Below, in pieces: positions 12,046 to 24,985 of a stretch of 64,000 bases of DNA. The DNA lies in the NCBI GenBank assembly GCA_013239625.1, contig MU053472.1, forward strand, positions 3,519,410-3,583,409, given 5' to 3'. Origin of the DNA: Lama guanicoe (Eukaryota). A model generated the notes under the pieces. That model saw only the letters and a program-made list of their open reading frames with translations. It had not been told where the DNA came from and searched no databases. The number at the start of each line of letters is the position of its first letter. The stretch's first letter is position 1. A program made the position numbers and the translations under genes.

Positions 12046-15000
12046 AAGAGTAAAACTGTTTAAGCATTGGGTGACAATAAGGCAATCTATATAATCTGGA
12101 TTCTACAGGAATCATTTTGGCTACACTGCGGAGAATATATTGGAGAAGAGTAGGACTGGCAAGAGATAACAATGATAGTGGGAATGGTGAGGGGCATATT
12201 TATGAGATAAGGCAAAACTGACTGAATGGGAGGGTGAGAGGAGGAGAAATCAGGGATGAAACCCCCAGAAAGAGAATAAGATTTTAGCTTTGTCTTCTAG
12301 GAGGGAGATAGAGCTGGAGAATTAAATTCAGTTTTGGACAGGTAAATTTGAGAAGCCATTTCGACACATAGATACAGCTGTTCCATTAGCAGTCAAAGCA
12401 GGAATGGAGCGTTCCATTAGCAGTCAAAGCATAACTATAATAACCAAGGTCACGGAAGAGATTGATGTTGTCTACAGACAAATAAGTCAACCAGACTTGA
12501 AAAGGCCAAGGACCAAACACCAATATTAAAGGGGTAGGCAGAGTATTAAAAAGCTCACAGAGAAGTGGGAGCCTGAGAGGTAGGAGAAAAACCTGAAAAG
12601 TATGGCTTACACTGCATGGTTGGTGTTTATTTTCTTCTTTGTTATTTCTTACTACTTTTTAATAAGAAAAAAGGTGTTTTAAATGAGTGGTATAATTTGT
12701 ATCCATGTATTTCTCCACATATACATAAATGAGACAAAATTTAATGGTTTTTTTTAACCAACTCAAAGTCATTAATGATCCAGATAATTCAATATAACTG
12801 AACTATTACTATCTATAAACAATGATTTTCTTTTCTAAGTCATTTTTAAAGTGTCCACCCTCATTACTATTGTAAACCATCTGGAACTATTTAACTTTGC
12901 CAGGCTGCTGAGATATATGTCTCCCCCTTAAGGAGTCCACCCAGACTAAATGAATGATTGAGGAAAACACTGCTCTAAAAATGTAATGACATATAGCCCT
13001 AATAAACATTTTAAGATATTTGTTTCTTCTGGGTTAAAACAAATAGATTTATCCCTAGTATAACACAGAGAAATAAAACACAGTATTGACCCATGTAACC
13101 TAGCCAAGGTTATTCACATCTGCTATAAGATGAGTTGTAGATTTTATTTGCAAATCATTTCAAAGCTATAAAATATCTCACCTCCACATTTTCAGAGAGA
13201 TTCATTAAAGTCAGAAATCCTAATTTTATGTCATTTAAAAATATTTTAATCTCTTGGGGGCATTTTAGTTTAGATAAAGGAGTAAAGCAGATCATTTTCA
13301 TACTAACAGCTAAATTTTCCAAATCATGGAATTTTATTGACAAGTAATAGACTAATTCAGTGAAACAGTTCTAAAATATTGTATGAATTTATTATTGATT
13401 CTTAAGATTTAATAAATTGAAATAAAATTGTTTACATGGTTCTTTTAAAAAGTATTTATATCCCACAACAGTGATCTTTCTCATCCAAGGGAATTTTTGC
13501 CATTTTCAAATTATTATTTTTCTTTCAAAATGTTACATTTTTTTATCCTGTAAATAAATATCTAAGTACATATTTTCCTATTGTGAAGCCTAAAGGGAAA
13601 AAACTCTATCCCAAATACTGCTCTGAAAAACTTTTAAGTTGCTAATTATAATTATATTTTGTCCATTTAAACCTTGATCCTTTACTTATCTAAGTAACTG
13701 CTTATCTCATGCTAATCCAAAGCGTTGAATTTACCAAAATGATGAGATTATATATATGTGTGTGTGTATATATATATATATATGCTGTTCTTATTCTAAA
13801 AACTCTGAGAGAAGTAAAATACTAAGAAAAATGTTCACTATATTTTTGAAAAGTAAAATTTCAACCAGTGTATACATAAAAGTATTGAGAAGATAAGCAC
13901 CTTTATTCTTTTCTTCAGAGAAACTCAGTATGTTTAGCAGCTTCATACTGTATATTCCTAAAATATTGACAGAAAATACACACTAGAGACTTATGAAACT
14001 TGTATTAAATGCAGTGTAATTTTCTTCTTACATTAGTCCCAACTGTGAAATTGGTGACTGTTTCAAGTAACTTCATTTAAGAATTGTACCACCATTTGAC
14101 AAGCATGATAGAGTTTTTAAAGAATATTAAGAATTCCCAAAATAAACAGAGTGGGTACTTGAGAAAAAATTTTTACCTTCTCCAAATCAGCAATTCCAAC
14201 ATATTCCTAATCAAATACAAAGTATTTCCTAGGAAATTTGAGAACTCAACATTTCGAATATGTCAGGAAGAGTTTTGAGGTTTAGAGATTACATTGAGAA
14301 ATGCTGGAATCATTTGTACATTAATTAGTCATTTATAAGTCTGGATCCTCAGTTTTCTCATCTGTAAAACAAAGTGGACAGAAAAATGATCTATCTCTAC
14401 AGTGTCTTCCAGTATGGCTAAGTGATATGATTTTCTTTTATAAATAATAAAATAAAAAATAAAAGCATTAAAAGTATATTTTTTAAACACTGAGGGTTTT
14501 TTGATCTGTTAAAGACCTTGAAAATACTTTACATAAACAAGCCAGCCATTTTATATCTGAATAAAAATAGGTTAATAGCTTCTGCACAAAATACTGTATA
14601 CATGATGAAATCTCTGATTTAAGGTGAAATAATATTTTCCAACTTTAATTTTGCTAGTTATACTTCAAATCTAAACTTCTGTTCTCAATTGGATGGCCAT
14701 TTTATAATCTGAATACTTTTTCTAGTATAAACATGTATTGAAATTAATCTTGCTTCCTTTCCACGTGGAAAAAAACACACATCTACTTACCATCTTCTTT
14801 ACATAGATTTCATTTTTTAAAAAACCTTTTTGAATGGCACATGTTCATGGTTGCTCTAAACTAATGACTCTCTTTTTTAACGAACCTTCTCTAATGTTTA
14901 AATGCGTGTTTTTCTAATTCTGCAACTGCATTTGTAAAGGTAAGAATAGTCAAAATATAATTCGTCTGATGCTGGGACAAATTCTTCCACTTTAGTAAAC

Positions 15001-16029
15001 ATTTCTATTTTATTTTAAGCAGGAAGTTTTAAGTGTCTTTATATAGTATTAAAAATGACCTTTCATAAACCCTTTTCTATGATAGTTTACAAACAGTAGG
15101 GATACTCTAAAATGTGAATACTGTTTATCTCTGGGTGGTGGTATTACACGCCATTTTATTTTTTACATTTCCCAAAAAGTATTACTACTTTGATAACCAG
15201 ATAGTATTTCAAAATTAAATTTTGAATAGCTTATAAAGTGTGGGACATCAACAGAGTCCTCTTCTACAGTAGATATGTTAAATGCCTCTTCCTTATTGAC
15301 AAGCTTCTGTTTTAACAGGAAGAATGATTTGATCAGGTGTCTGTTAGGTGGAATGAAGACAAAACATTTACTTTCCAGGCCCTTCTCTTAATTTAGGTTT
15401 TTGAGAAAATTCAAGAAGTGGTTTGAACTTAACTGCAGTGAATCTTGCAGTAGTAAACTTTTTTGGAGAGGCGGCGGGGTGGGGGTGGACAGAGTAACAT
15501 CTTTCATTACAATTATCAGCAGAATGGCAAAAGACTCCCACGGTTTACCAGTGTATTCAGAAACCTGTTAGTATTCTCTTTTGTCATTATTTCAGAACAA
15601 TTCCATTTAGAAAGAAACACAATTGTAAACCGTTTCTATTTCAAGCCCATAAAAGCCAGAACTGGGATGAAAGGCAAAGCCTTGACCTTTCTATTTTAGA
15701 CTTTCATCTGTGTAGCTAAGCCATCTGCTTTCTCTCCCCTACCCCATCTACTTAATGGACTGAAAATACTGCACCTAATTGCAATTTTATCAAACCAGCC
15801 AGACTTTTACACTTTAACGAATTATGACTCTTTCACCTGAAGACTCTCATGTAAAATTTTGCTTACTCTTCCCTCCTCATTCCTTCCCACCTCCCTCAAC
15901 TGTGAGTTATCAAATATCTTTAAACTAAGATCCTAGGCTTCTGCGTATTAAGCCATCTACACTTTCAACACTAAGAACCTGACGGAAAATCTACTCCAGT
16001 CTCTGCCCCTGTGGATCTGGGTATTATTA

Positions 16030-17370
16030 TCGTTGCGGTTACGCAGGAGGCACCTCGCAGCTCAGCCTAGAAAGGAATCGCGCCTCTTCGCCGCCAAACA
16101 ACAAGGGACTCAAGCAGGGTAAAGACAGACCCGTGTGGGAGGAAACCTCCAGCAAAAGAAGGGAGCTGGGAAGAAAAGGGAGCTCTCAAGACTGGAAGGA
16201 CCTTCCGAGGCCCGAAGGGGAAAGGGTGTGTGAAGTGGAGCTAGAACTGGGCGGCCGAGGGGAAGCAGGGGCCCGGGCCTCCCGGGGGGGACGGGGGGCG
16301 GCTCCCGGACAGGGCAGGAGGCGCGGGGGCCGCGGCGGGCGTGGGCAGCTCGCACCCGACCGCCCGAGTCCGAGCAGCGGGGACGCTTTCAACCGCGCCA
16401 GGAGCGGGTGCGGAGGGTGAAGAGCGGAGAAGAGAGCAGTGTGCGGGGCCGAGGGAACCGCGCCGAGGCCGGCGCGGCGGGGACAGCGGACCCACCCCCA
16501 GCCGAGCCCCGCTACTTAACTATTTGTAGAGCTGCTGTAGGCACAGGTCCAGGCTCTCGCCCTCCACCTCCTCGCGGGTGATGCGCTCCGACAGCGGTCG
16601 CGGGAGCGGGGGTAGCGGCGGCAGCTGGGGCTGCGGCGGCGGCGGCACGGCCGAATGCCCCCGGGCTGCCGCTGCCTCCTCCTCCTCGCCCTCCGCCGCC
16701 ACCGTCTCTTCCTCCACCGCCTCCTCCTCGGGCTCGGGGTCTCGCTCCTGCTCCCCCTCCTCCGTCGCGGCTACCGTTGCCGCCTCCTCCCCGCCTTCCT
16801 CGACCGAAGCCTCGGCCGCCTCAGCCGCTACCAGTTCGGGCTCGGGCTCCGACTCGGGTTCGGGTTCCGGCTCCGGCTCGCCGCCGCCGCACGGTCCGCG
16901 AAACTCGCCCAGGAATAGCTCCAGAAAGCGCCGGTAAGTTTTCTCCTCAGGGATACAGCCCGCCATCGCTGCTCATGCCCCGGAGCCGACCGGGAGGTGG
17001 GTGGGGGGAAGCCCACGAAGGGGAGGGGGCTGCTCTTGAGCCTCAGGCTCCGGCAAGGGCGGTTAACGGCCGCACCGGCACGGGCGATCAGCACTAGGTT
17101 GCCTGGAGAGGGCTCCCGCAGGCGTGCGCGCCGCCGAGCTCGGACGTGCGCGGCCCGGGGGCGGGGGCGGAGCGCGCCCCCCGCTCTGGTCTGGAGGGAA
17201 AGTTGGTAGCGGGAGCGTGCGCAGGGTCCAGTAGCGGCCCACCCTCCAGCCCTACCGAGAACTCAGCCCACACTGCCTGGAGACTGTCGCCATGGCAACC
17301 GGCTCTAATTAAGAATTTCAGGGTCCCTCCCGTCGAGTCCGCGGAGTCGAAAGGGCACTCGACTCGCCCG
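16030..17370. promoter_or_regulatory. CpG island / PPM1E promoter
   Basis: Abrupt very high GC and CpG density. GC boxes at ~17157-17170, NRF1-like GCGTGCGCA at 17215-17223, RFX X-box GTCGCCATGGCAAC at 17286-17299. Confidence 0.9.
16521..16966 (-). CDS. PPM1E: Protein phosphatase Mg2+/Mn2+-dependent 1E (CaMKP-N/POPX1), coding exon 1 (446 nt)
   Basis: [37 protein letters not shown]...poly-Glu/Pro...[12 protein letters not shown] is the characteristic PPM1E N-terminus. Strong Kozak GCGATGG; CpG island; downstream of RAD51C on the same strand, as in human. The exon ends TA|GTTAAGT (split Tyr codon inferred). Confidence 0.94.
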
Positions 17371-19761
17371 CTTTCCAACTCTGAATGTCTTCATTGTACA
17401 GACATCCTAGGCTCAAGTGCATAAGAATGGACTAAGACATCTCCACGTCGAACTATTGGTTCCCACTTGGACTGGATTTACTTCAGTTTTCCATGTCTAT
17501 CATGCTTTGCCTTAGGGTCCTTATCTGTTGAAAGATATCACAGTGTGAAAACCTTTTGCTGTTGATGACACTTATTTAATAAGTAGTTTGGGGGAGAGGG
17601 CATCCAATACCTACCAAGTGGAAGATTTCTTTGCCTACATTCTTTCATTTGATTCTATGAAAGTGGTGTTTTCATTTTTCAAAAAAAGTAAACGAGATTA
17701 AGTACTTCTCTTGCTTCAAGGTGTCAAAGCTACTAGCCATGGGATTGGAATTAGAAAACTCAGGTTGTCAGCCTCCAAAGCTCTTCTAGATTCTTTTTCC
17801 TTTTCTCTGCTTCTGAAGATTCAGCAGTGTAATATATCTATAAAGCCTTATTTTTAAAGGGCTTTATAATTTAAAGTTGTTTTCACCCCTTTAGTCCTTA
17901 CAATAGCATCTCAAGGTAGAAGACATTACCATTACAATTCCATCGTACAGATGAGAAAACAGCCTAAAGGATGCTGTGATTTTGCTCAAGGTCACACATA
18001 AGTGAAGCAACAAAGACTAAATCCAGGTCTTTTCACTGCAGAGCCATCAGTTTTCCAGCACACCAAGACACCTTTCTTTACTGTCTGTATAATACATATT
18101 ATACTTTATTACACAATATGTATTTTTTGGTACATTATGTTTGCTCTTCTTCCTCATCCCCCTGTGCCTCTTTTCTTTCATTTGTGGACTGAAACTGAAA
18201 CGATTTTATTCTAATTTTCTTACCAAACTACACACAAACCTATTATTTTCAAGCCTTACTGAGGGGAGTGGGAGAGGGAGAAGCTGTTTTGTTATACAGC
18301 TGTATAGATAATAACATCATTACTGCATACTGCTATGTTCATGGCAACATATAATTCAGCAAAAACACAGTGATTCTTTCTCTACTTTGAAAAACATGTT
18401 CACAAATTATCCCCCCCATCCTCTCCATTTATTGTTTCTGGGTTTCCGTTGGATTTAGGGTCTGAAATGCCATTTCTAGTCAGTTAATGGCAGAAGAAGG
18501 AGTCTCCCTGCCAACTGATTTCATATAACACTGTATTCCAAATCCCTGACCTGATACTGTTATTTTAAGATTAAGTGGGTTGATCTCACAAATGTACACT
18601 ATGGCATCATGTAAAATAGACATCCATCTCTCTCCTAGCTTGAGGTTAAATAATACATGATACAAAATGCATAGTGAGTAATGCATGAGTCCTTCATAAC
18701 TATTTATTTTTGTCTCAAAGGTAAATGGAAAGATCCAATAAATAAGTCTGTTTCCAGACAAGCTAAAAGTATTTATATGTGTTGTATTTAAAACATCATC
18801 AGTGTGGAACAACTTCTTTATGAAATGCCAAAAAAGTCTTTAAGCTCCTCATTTGTCTTTGTTTTCAATCCACCTGTTCATTTCCACTTCAGAATGTCTA
18901 GAAAAGATTGACAAAACTTACAAGGCTACAAACCTAAATGTCCACAATTTTACATTCCAACAACCATTTAATACCTCAGAACTTGAAATTATGACATTTA
19001 GTTCAAGAGTACATAGCTGTCAACTGTAACAATTCATATCAAGCTACACCTTCCTACTTTGTAATGTAGTTGCCTCCCTCATCTAGATGACATTTATTTG
19101 TGACACTAATTTATGACTCAACCCACATATCAAAGATAAGTGTTATATATTGGGGAAACATTACTACTAAGAGTAAAAGAAAAAGCACACACCTCCATAT
19201 TACAATAAATGAGAGGTGTGTTTGCTTATATTAATAAAGATATTCCTTCACAAAAGACCAGTATGGATCCTAATGCATCCATTTGACAGAGTAGCTTTGC
19301 CAGAGGTTGCTGACAGCAGTGCAGGGATCTCAGAGCAGCTGTGTAGGATGATTTTGCCATTGTCAAGAAGTCTTTTTAGTCATTATTTTGTACTGCTTTA
19401 CTTTCCTTTTTAGTTCCTTAATCCCCTTTCTTGCTATCTATTTAAAAATATTGAGCTATGAAAAGCTTATGTATCAAGTACATTTAAATTTTTTTTAAGT
19501 TTTTTTTTAGAGATTTGTAGTAAGAATTGTTCTCACTCTAACCCGTAACTCTTTGGAGGAAATGCACTTGTCCTTTCATGGACATTCATGGTAATGATGA
19601 TACTTATAAGATTAAAAAGAATTGTTGTTATAGCACAGGGAATTATATTCAGTATCTTGTAGTAATGTATGGTGAAAAAGTATATGAAAATGAATACATG
19701 TGTGTTCATGTATGACTGAAGCATTATGCTGTACATGAGAAATTGACACATTGTAAACTAT

Positions 19762-19801
19762 TTATATATATATATATATATACATACACACACACACACA
19801 C
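19762..19801. repeat. Compound (TA)n(CA)n microsatellite
   Basis: Directly visible; other dinucleotide arrays at 13748-13782, 19953-19972 and 45149-45190. Confidence 0.9.
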
Positions 19802-20849
19802 AAAAAAGAAAGTTAAGAAAAAAACGGATTGCTGAGTTGGGCAGCTTCTTATCATGTGATGCAGTAATTCCCCTCTTGGATATTTACCCATGAGAAGTGA
19901 AAGTATGTCCACCAAACACATGCACTCACACTTCACATACACATATACACAAACACACACACACACACACACAAACCCTTATATGTAAATGTTTATAATA
20001 GTTTTATCCACAATAGCTCAAACTTGGAAATAACCCTGATGTCTATCAACAGGTGATGGATAAACAAATTGTCATATATGCATACAATGGAATACTACTC
20101 AACAATAGAAAAAAAAAACCCCGATGAACACAGCAACATGGATGAATCTCAAAAATAAGCTGAGTGAAAAAAATCCAGGCACGAAAGAGTACATACTACA
20201 TGATTCCATTTACATGAAATTCTAGAGTAGGCAAAACTAATTACAGTGACAGAAAGCAGATTAGTGATTGCCAGGGACTGAGGTGGGATGGAGGATTCAT
20301 GGCAAAAGAGTAAGATGGAACTTTACGGGGTGATCAAAATGTTCTATATCTTGACTGTGGTTATATAAGTGTATTCATTTGTCAAAATAAAAAGTGTACA
20401 TTTTAAGCAAGTGTATTGTACATAAATTATACCTCAATAAAGTTGATTTTAAAAATTAAAAAGAATTGATTAGTTTAGTCTTTTTTTTGTTGTTCTCCTA
20501 TACATTCCTTCTCCTATCTTGTTCTCCTCTGTATTGTAGGGGTGCTGACCTTTTTATGTTGTATTCACCAGGTTCCTTGACAGCTGACTTCCAGCTGAGA
20601 TTCACCCAGTGGGAGGCATCAGCAGGAAATTACAAGTGGGAGGAAAGGAGAAAAGCCAGCATATTTCTTCCATCCCCTCCCTCAGTCCTAATGCTTGCTG
20701 TCCCTCCTTTACATCTTTGCTCCCCCTGAACATGTTCACTGGGATTCCAGCTGTTGCCTGTGACACCAGTCCCTGAGCTCCAGAAACATCATTTTCTGTT
20801 TGTCCATTGGCCTGGAGATGGTAGCAGTTTTTAGCTTCCGAATCTTGCC

Positions 20850-21177
20850 TGCTGTGGGCTGAATATTTGTGTTCTCCCCAAATTCCTAAGTTGAATCCTA
20901 ACCCCCAAGGAGATGGTATTAGGAGGTGGGGCCTTTGGGAAGTGGTTAGTGAATGGGATTAGTGTCCTTCAAAATGAGGTCCAAGAGAGACCCTTCTCCA
21001 CTTCTGACATGTGAGAACACAGTAAAAAGACATGCTGTGAACCAGAAACTGAATCAGCCAGAGTCCTGATTATGGACCTCCTAGCCTCCAAAACTGTGAG
21101 GAATACATTACTGTTGTTTAGAAGCCACCCAGTTTACGGTGTTTTTTTTAATAGTGTCCCAAACAGACTAAGACACT
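20850..21177 (+). mobile_element. MaLR solo LTR (MLT1A/MST-like)
   Basis: tgctgtgggctgaatatttgtgttctccccaaattc...ttagaagccacccagtttacggtg...aacagactaagaca. Confidence 0.8.
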
Positions 21178-23261
21178 GCCTTCCCTTCCCTTTTGGCTTT
21201 TTAGCTCGTCTATCTCTTGTGTAACCAATTTCCTGTATTCTATGACCTCTGATTTCTTAACTGGATCCCAATTGATACAATAACAAATAATACTTTAAAG
21301 AACTATATAATGGATTGTATATAATAGAACTATAAATGGACTAAGCTGACATTAAAACAAGTTTAGATCTTTAAAGGTGCTACTGGATGGAACACTTAGC
21401 TTACCTGAAGTTAGTGGTAAATTATTTCCTAGAATTAAAAACTACAAATGGACTACCCGTGGCTCACAGGGAGGAAGGGAAAAATAAATCGATGGCACAT
21501 GGGATTTTTAGGGAAGCAGTGACTATTCTGTATGCTACTATAAAGGTGGATACACATCATTAGACATTTGTCAAAAACCATAGGAGATACAACACAGTGA
21601 ACCCTAATGTAAACTATGTGCTTTAGTTAATAATGTATTGATACTGATTTATCAATTGTAACAAATGTATCTCACTCACGTAAGATGTTAATAATTGGGG
21701 AAACTATGTCAGGGGGACTAATATATCTCTGATCTAGTGCCTAGGCAAATGTTTAAGGCTAGGCCTAATGACAAGTGTTAAATTGCAAATATAAAAATGT
21801 GTAATTTTTCATTCACATTTTTAAAATTGAATGGAAAGATAACTAATACGTAAGTATTTTTAAGTCAATTGTGTTCTCAAAGTGACTAGTAGGAAGCAAG
21901 AGAATATCTGACAACTGAAAAAACTGAGCACATAGAAATGTTTTCAGATGAGAACATCTTCCTCCTTTCTCCTGAGTCTACCTACCTACATCTTCTACAC
22001 TCTAGATCAACAATACAACTTTTACATCCTATCCATTTGCTGCCAAAATATTACTGCTGTATTAATTTTTATTCTTTTTCTATTGCTAATATTTCATATT
22101 TCAGGAACAGTCCACAGCTGTCAAAATTAAAATTCCCATCAGGTAATAACAAGCCCACATGCACTATTTTCACCAGCTTTAAAAAGCAAAGAAGTCCCCC
22201 AAACAAGGTCTAACTTTCTTTCCTAATGTTTTAACCATTAACCGTAATAATCTTTGTTTTTAATCTTGCATAGTTCTTTCAGGAATCAAAATTATTTCTG
22301 AACTTATTGTGGCATGCTTATGAAATAGGAAGAGGGCAGGGGCTGATGGTAATTTCTGGTGAACATACCATATAAATGGCTAACATGTGGTGTATTCATT
22401 CTATAATGAATAGCTCTTCTAAAATTAATTGAGTCCATTAAAAAAGTCCACTTCAATATTTTGCTACTAGTTTTCTCTTTACAAAAAAAAAACCATGATG
22501 GTGGTAAAAATCTATGTTGATTATTATCATCTAATTTTTAACTCCCTGTATATATTTATTTAGAATAAATACATGCAAAAATTGAGCGTGATATTCATCA
22601 TGTTCTGTTTTAGTTAGCAGATGCCTATTATCCACTCTGGAGCATTCATCAAAAAATCCAACTGCTTTTTTAAATGAAAATGAAGCAGACAAGTAAATGT
22701 GAAAACTGTTCACAAAGGTGTCCTCTATGCTCAGATAGTACCAAATACTTTATTCTTTGCTAAGTATGGAGCTGATGGAATTGAGCCACAAGGACATTTG
22801 TGACTAGACGGGAAGATGGAAATGATTCCATTAACCTAGAGTGCTGTAACATATGGTAATCATAGGTGGTAGAATAGCTGTGTTGGACAAGGGTAAAGTA
22901 AGCCATGTGGCACAGACATTATCAATTACCACACATGGTAACCATGCTGACACAATGTATCTTCTCCAGAAAGGAAATGATTTGGGCATATTAATTGGTT
23001 TGCTGGCTTATGAAAGAGTGATCTATAAATGACATATCTGGCACTAATACAGCACACGTGGTTTCCAGTAATTCTGCAAGTTGAGAACTATTAAGATTTG
23101 AAGAACCTCCACATACCTAAATATCACTACAATGCACTGCAGCTATTTGCACAAAGGCAGCAAATCAAAATATCTATGCAAAATAAACTTGGGTCCTTCA
23201 CATATAAAACTATTTTTCAAGTGTCTTTTTTTTTTAAAGGGGCTTTTATTCTTGCCTAGTC

Positions 23262-23383
23262 TTTTTTTGCAGTGGGGGCAGGGGGGGATTAGGTTTATTT
23301 ATTTATTAATGGGGGTACTGGGGATTGAACCCAGGACCTCATGCATGCTAAGCAGGCATGCTACCACTGAGCTATACTCTCCC
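23262..23383 (-). mobile_element. tRNA-derived SINE (same family as 9921-10043)
   Basis: gggattgaacccaggacctcatgcatgctaagcaggcatgctaccactgagctatactctcccc. Confidence 0.88.
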
Positions 23384-24509
23384 CGTTTCAAATGACTTTT
23401 TGTCACATAAAATCCTGGAATTTTGTATCTCTGGAAAAAATAATTTCATGACTCTTGAAGGTATAAAGCCTATGGGCATGGCAGAAGTTTAAGATTAGAG
23501 CTAAACTGTACTGGGAGATGGAATTATTTGTGTCAAATATTGGCAAAAATATTGAATTTGAAAGAAATGTGATGAAAACTATGTTTTGAGAAAATGTGAT
23601 ACACAAACATTCTTTCAGAAGAGAGACTGAAGGCTGAAAGATGAGTTGGGCAATGGGAGATAATAAGTGTACAGAAGAGAATGGTGTCAGAATGAAAAGG
23701 AACAGAAGAAACTAAAAGACACTCTACTGGAAGTTCTGACATTCTAAGAGGATACCTGAAGAAACAACTTGGGAATAGCCAACAACCCACCACAGAGGCT
23801 CTCAAGTGCCTATTTTGGCTATTTATTGCGGCATACCACTACCTCACAACTTCAGTGGCTAAAAAAAAAAAAACCACTTTACTGTATTTCACAGCTCTGT
23901 AGGTTGACTGGGCTCAGCCAGGTGGTTCTCACTTTCAGGTCTCATGAGGGTGCAGTCTGGTAGCAGCTGGTTAGGAACAAAATCATCTGAAGGCTCAATT
24001 GGGCTGGATGTCCAAGAGACTCATTCAACACTACACTGTTTTATCAATACTGAAAATAATTGAGTGGAAAAATGACTAATTATGTAAATTACTTTCAAGA
24101 TATTAATTTGATTGTGTTTCCAAACTGGCAGTTGAGGCTGGCTGTTAACTGGGAACTCAGCTGGGGCTGTCTACATATAACATCTCCGACATAATGGCCT
24201 TAGGGTAATATGATGTCTTATATGATAGCTTACAGTTCCAAGAGTGAGTTTCCAGTGCATAAGACAGAAGGTGCATAAGATTTTATAAACTGGTGTCTTA
24301 AATCAATAGTATTACTTCCATGATACTATATTAAGTCAAAGAAGTAGTAGGCCCATTCAGATTCAACAGAAGGGGACCTAACACACCATTTCTCCTGATG
24401 GAAGGAGTATCAAATAATTCATTTTAGAACCATCACAGTGTCATTTACCTACAAGAATTTATGACAAAGTTTAGCAACTTGAACTTAGAGGCTCAGAAAT
24501 TTGAGTGTT

Positions 24510-24551
24510 CCACAATCTGTGTCCATTGATGGATGACTGGATAAAGTTGGG

Positions 24552-24598
<47 letters not shown>

Positions 24599-24985
24599 GG
24601 AATATTATTCAGCCATAAAAATAAGGAAAACCTGCATTTGCAACCACATGGATGGGCCTTGAGGGAATTATGCTAAGTGAAATAAGTCACACAGAGAAAG
24701 ACAAACATTGTATGATCCCAATATGTGGAATTTAAAACAAACTCATAGAAAGAAATCAGATTACCAGGGCAGGGTGTAGGGGGAAGGGTATTGGAGAAAG
24801 TGGTCAAAAGGTACAAACTGCTAGTTACAAGATAAATAAGTATTAGGGATGTAATGTATAGCATGATGTATAGTTAACACTGCTGTATGATACATACAAA
24901 AGTTAAGAGTCAAACCCTTATGCTGTACATCTTAAATTTATAGTGATATATGTCAACTGTATCTCAATAAAACTGGGGGAAAAAA
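24510..24985 (+). mobile_element. Old L1M 3' fragment containing a (CA)n microsatellite (24556-24592)
   Basis: ggaatattattcagccataaaa...acatggatg...tatgctaagtgaaataag. Similar L1M 3' fragments at ~19855-20455, 29470-29890, 37860-38300, 44585-45260 and 54225-54985 (minus). Confidence 0.8.

Larger units (their letters stand above)
1..16520 (-). other. PPM1E: PPM1E intron 1 (partial; continues beyond the left edge)
   Basis: No PPM1E exon 2 or phosphatase-domain sequence found in 1-16520; region is repeat-rich and AT-rich. Confidence 0.8.

Noticed and set aside
14758..14771. 14-bp palindrome TTTCCACGTGGAAA (E-box core)
   Set aside because: Single isolated motif; a few such palindromes are expected by chance.
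16520..16522. PPM1E as a pseudogene because the ORF stops at 148 aa
   Set aside because: The TAG spans the inferred exon/intron boundary (TA|G), so splicing removes it.
17344..17365. Hairpin GAGTCGA-N8-TCGACTC near the PPM1E promoter
   Set aside because: A 7-bp stem is expected by chance in 64 kb.
16110..17424. Many overlapping 60-120 aa ORFs on both strands (e.g. 16578-16937 +)
   Set aside because: Expected from stop-codon scarcity in a GC-rich island and antisense shadows of the PPM1E low-complexity exon.
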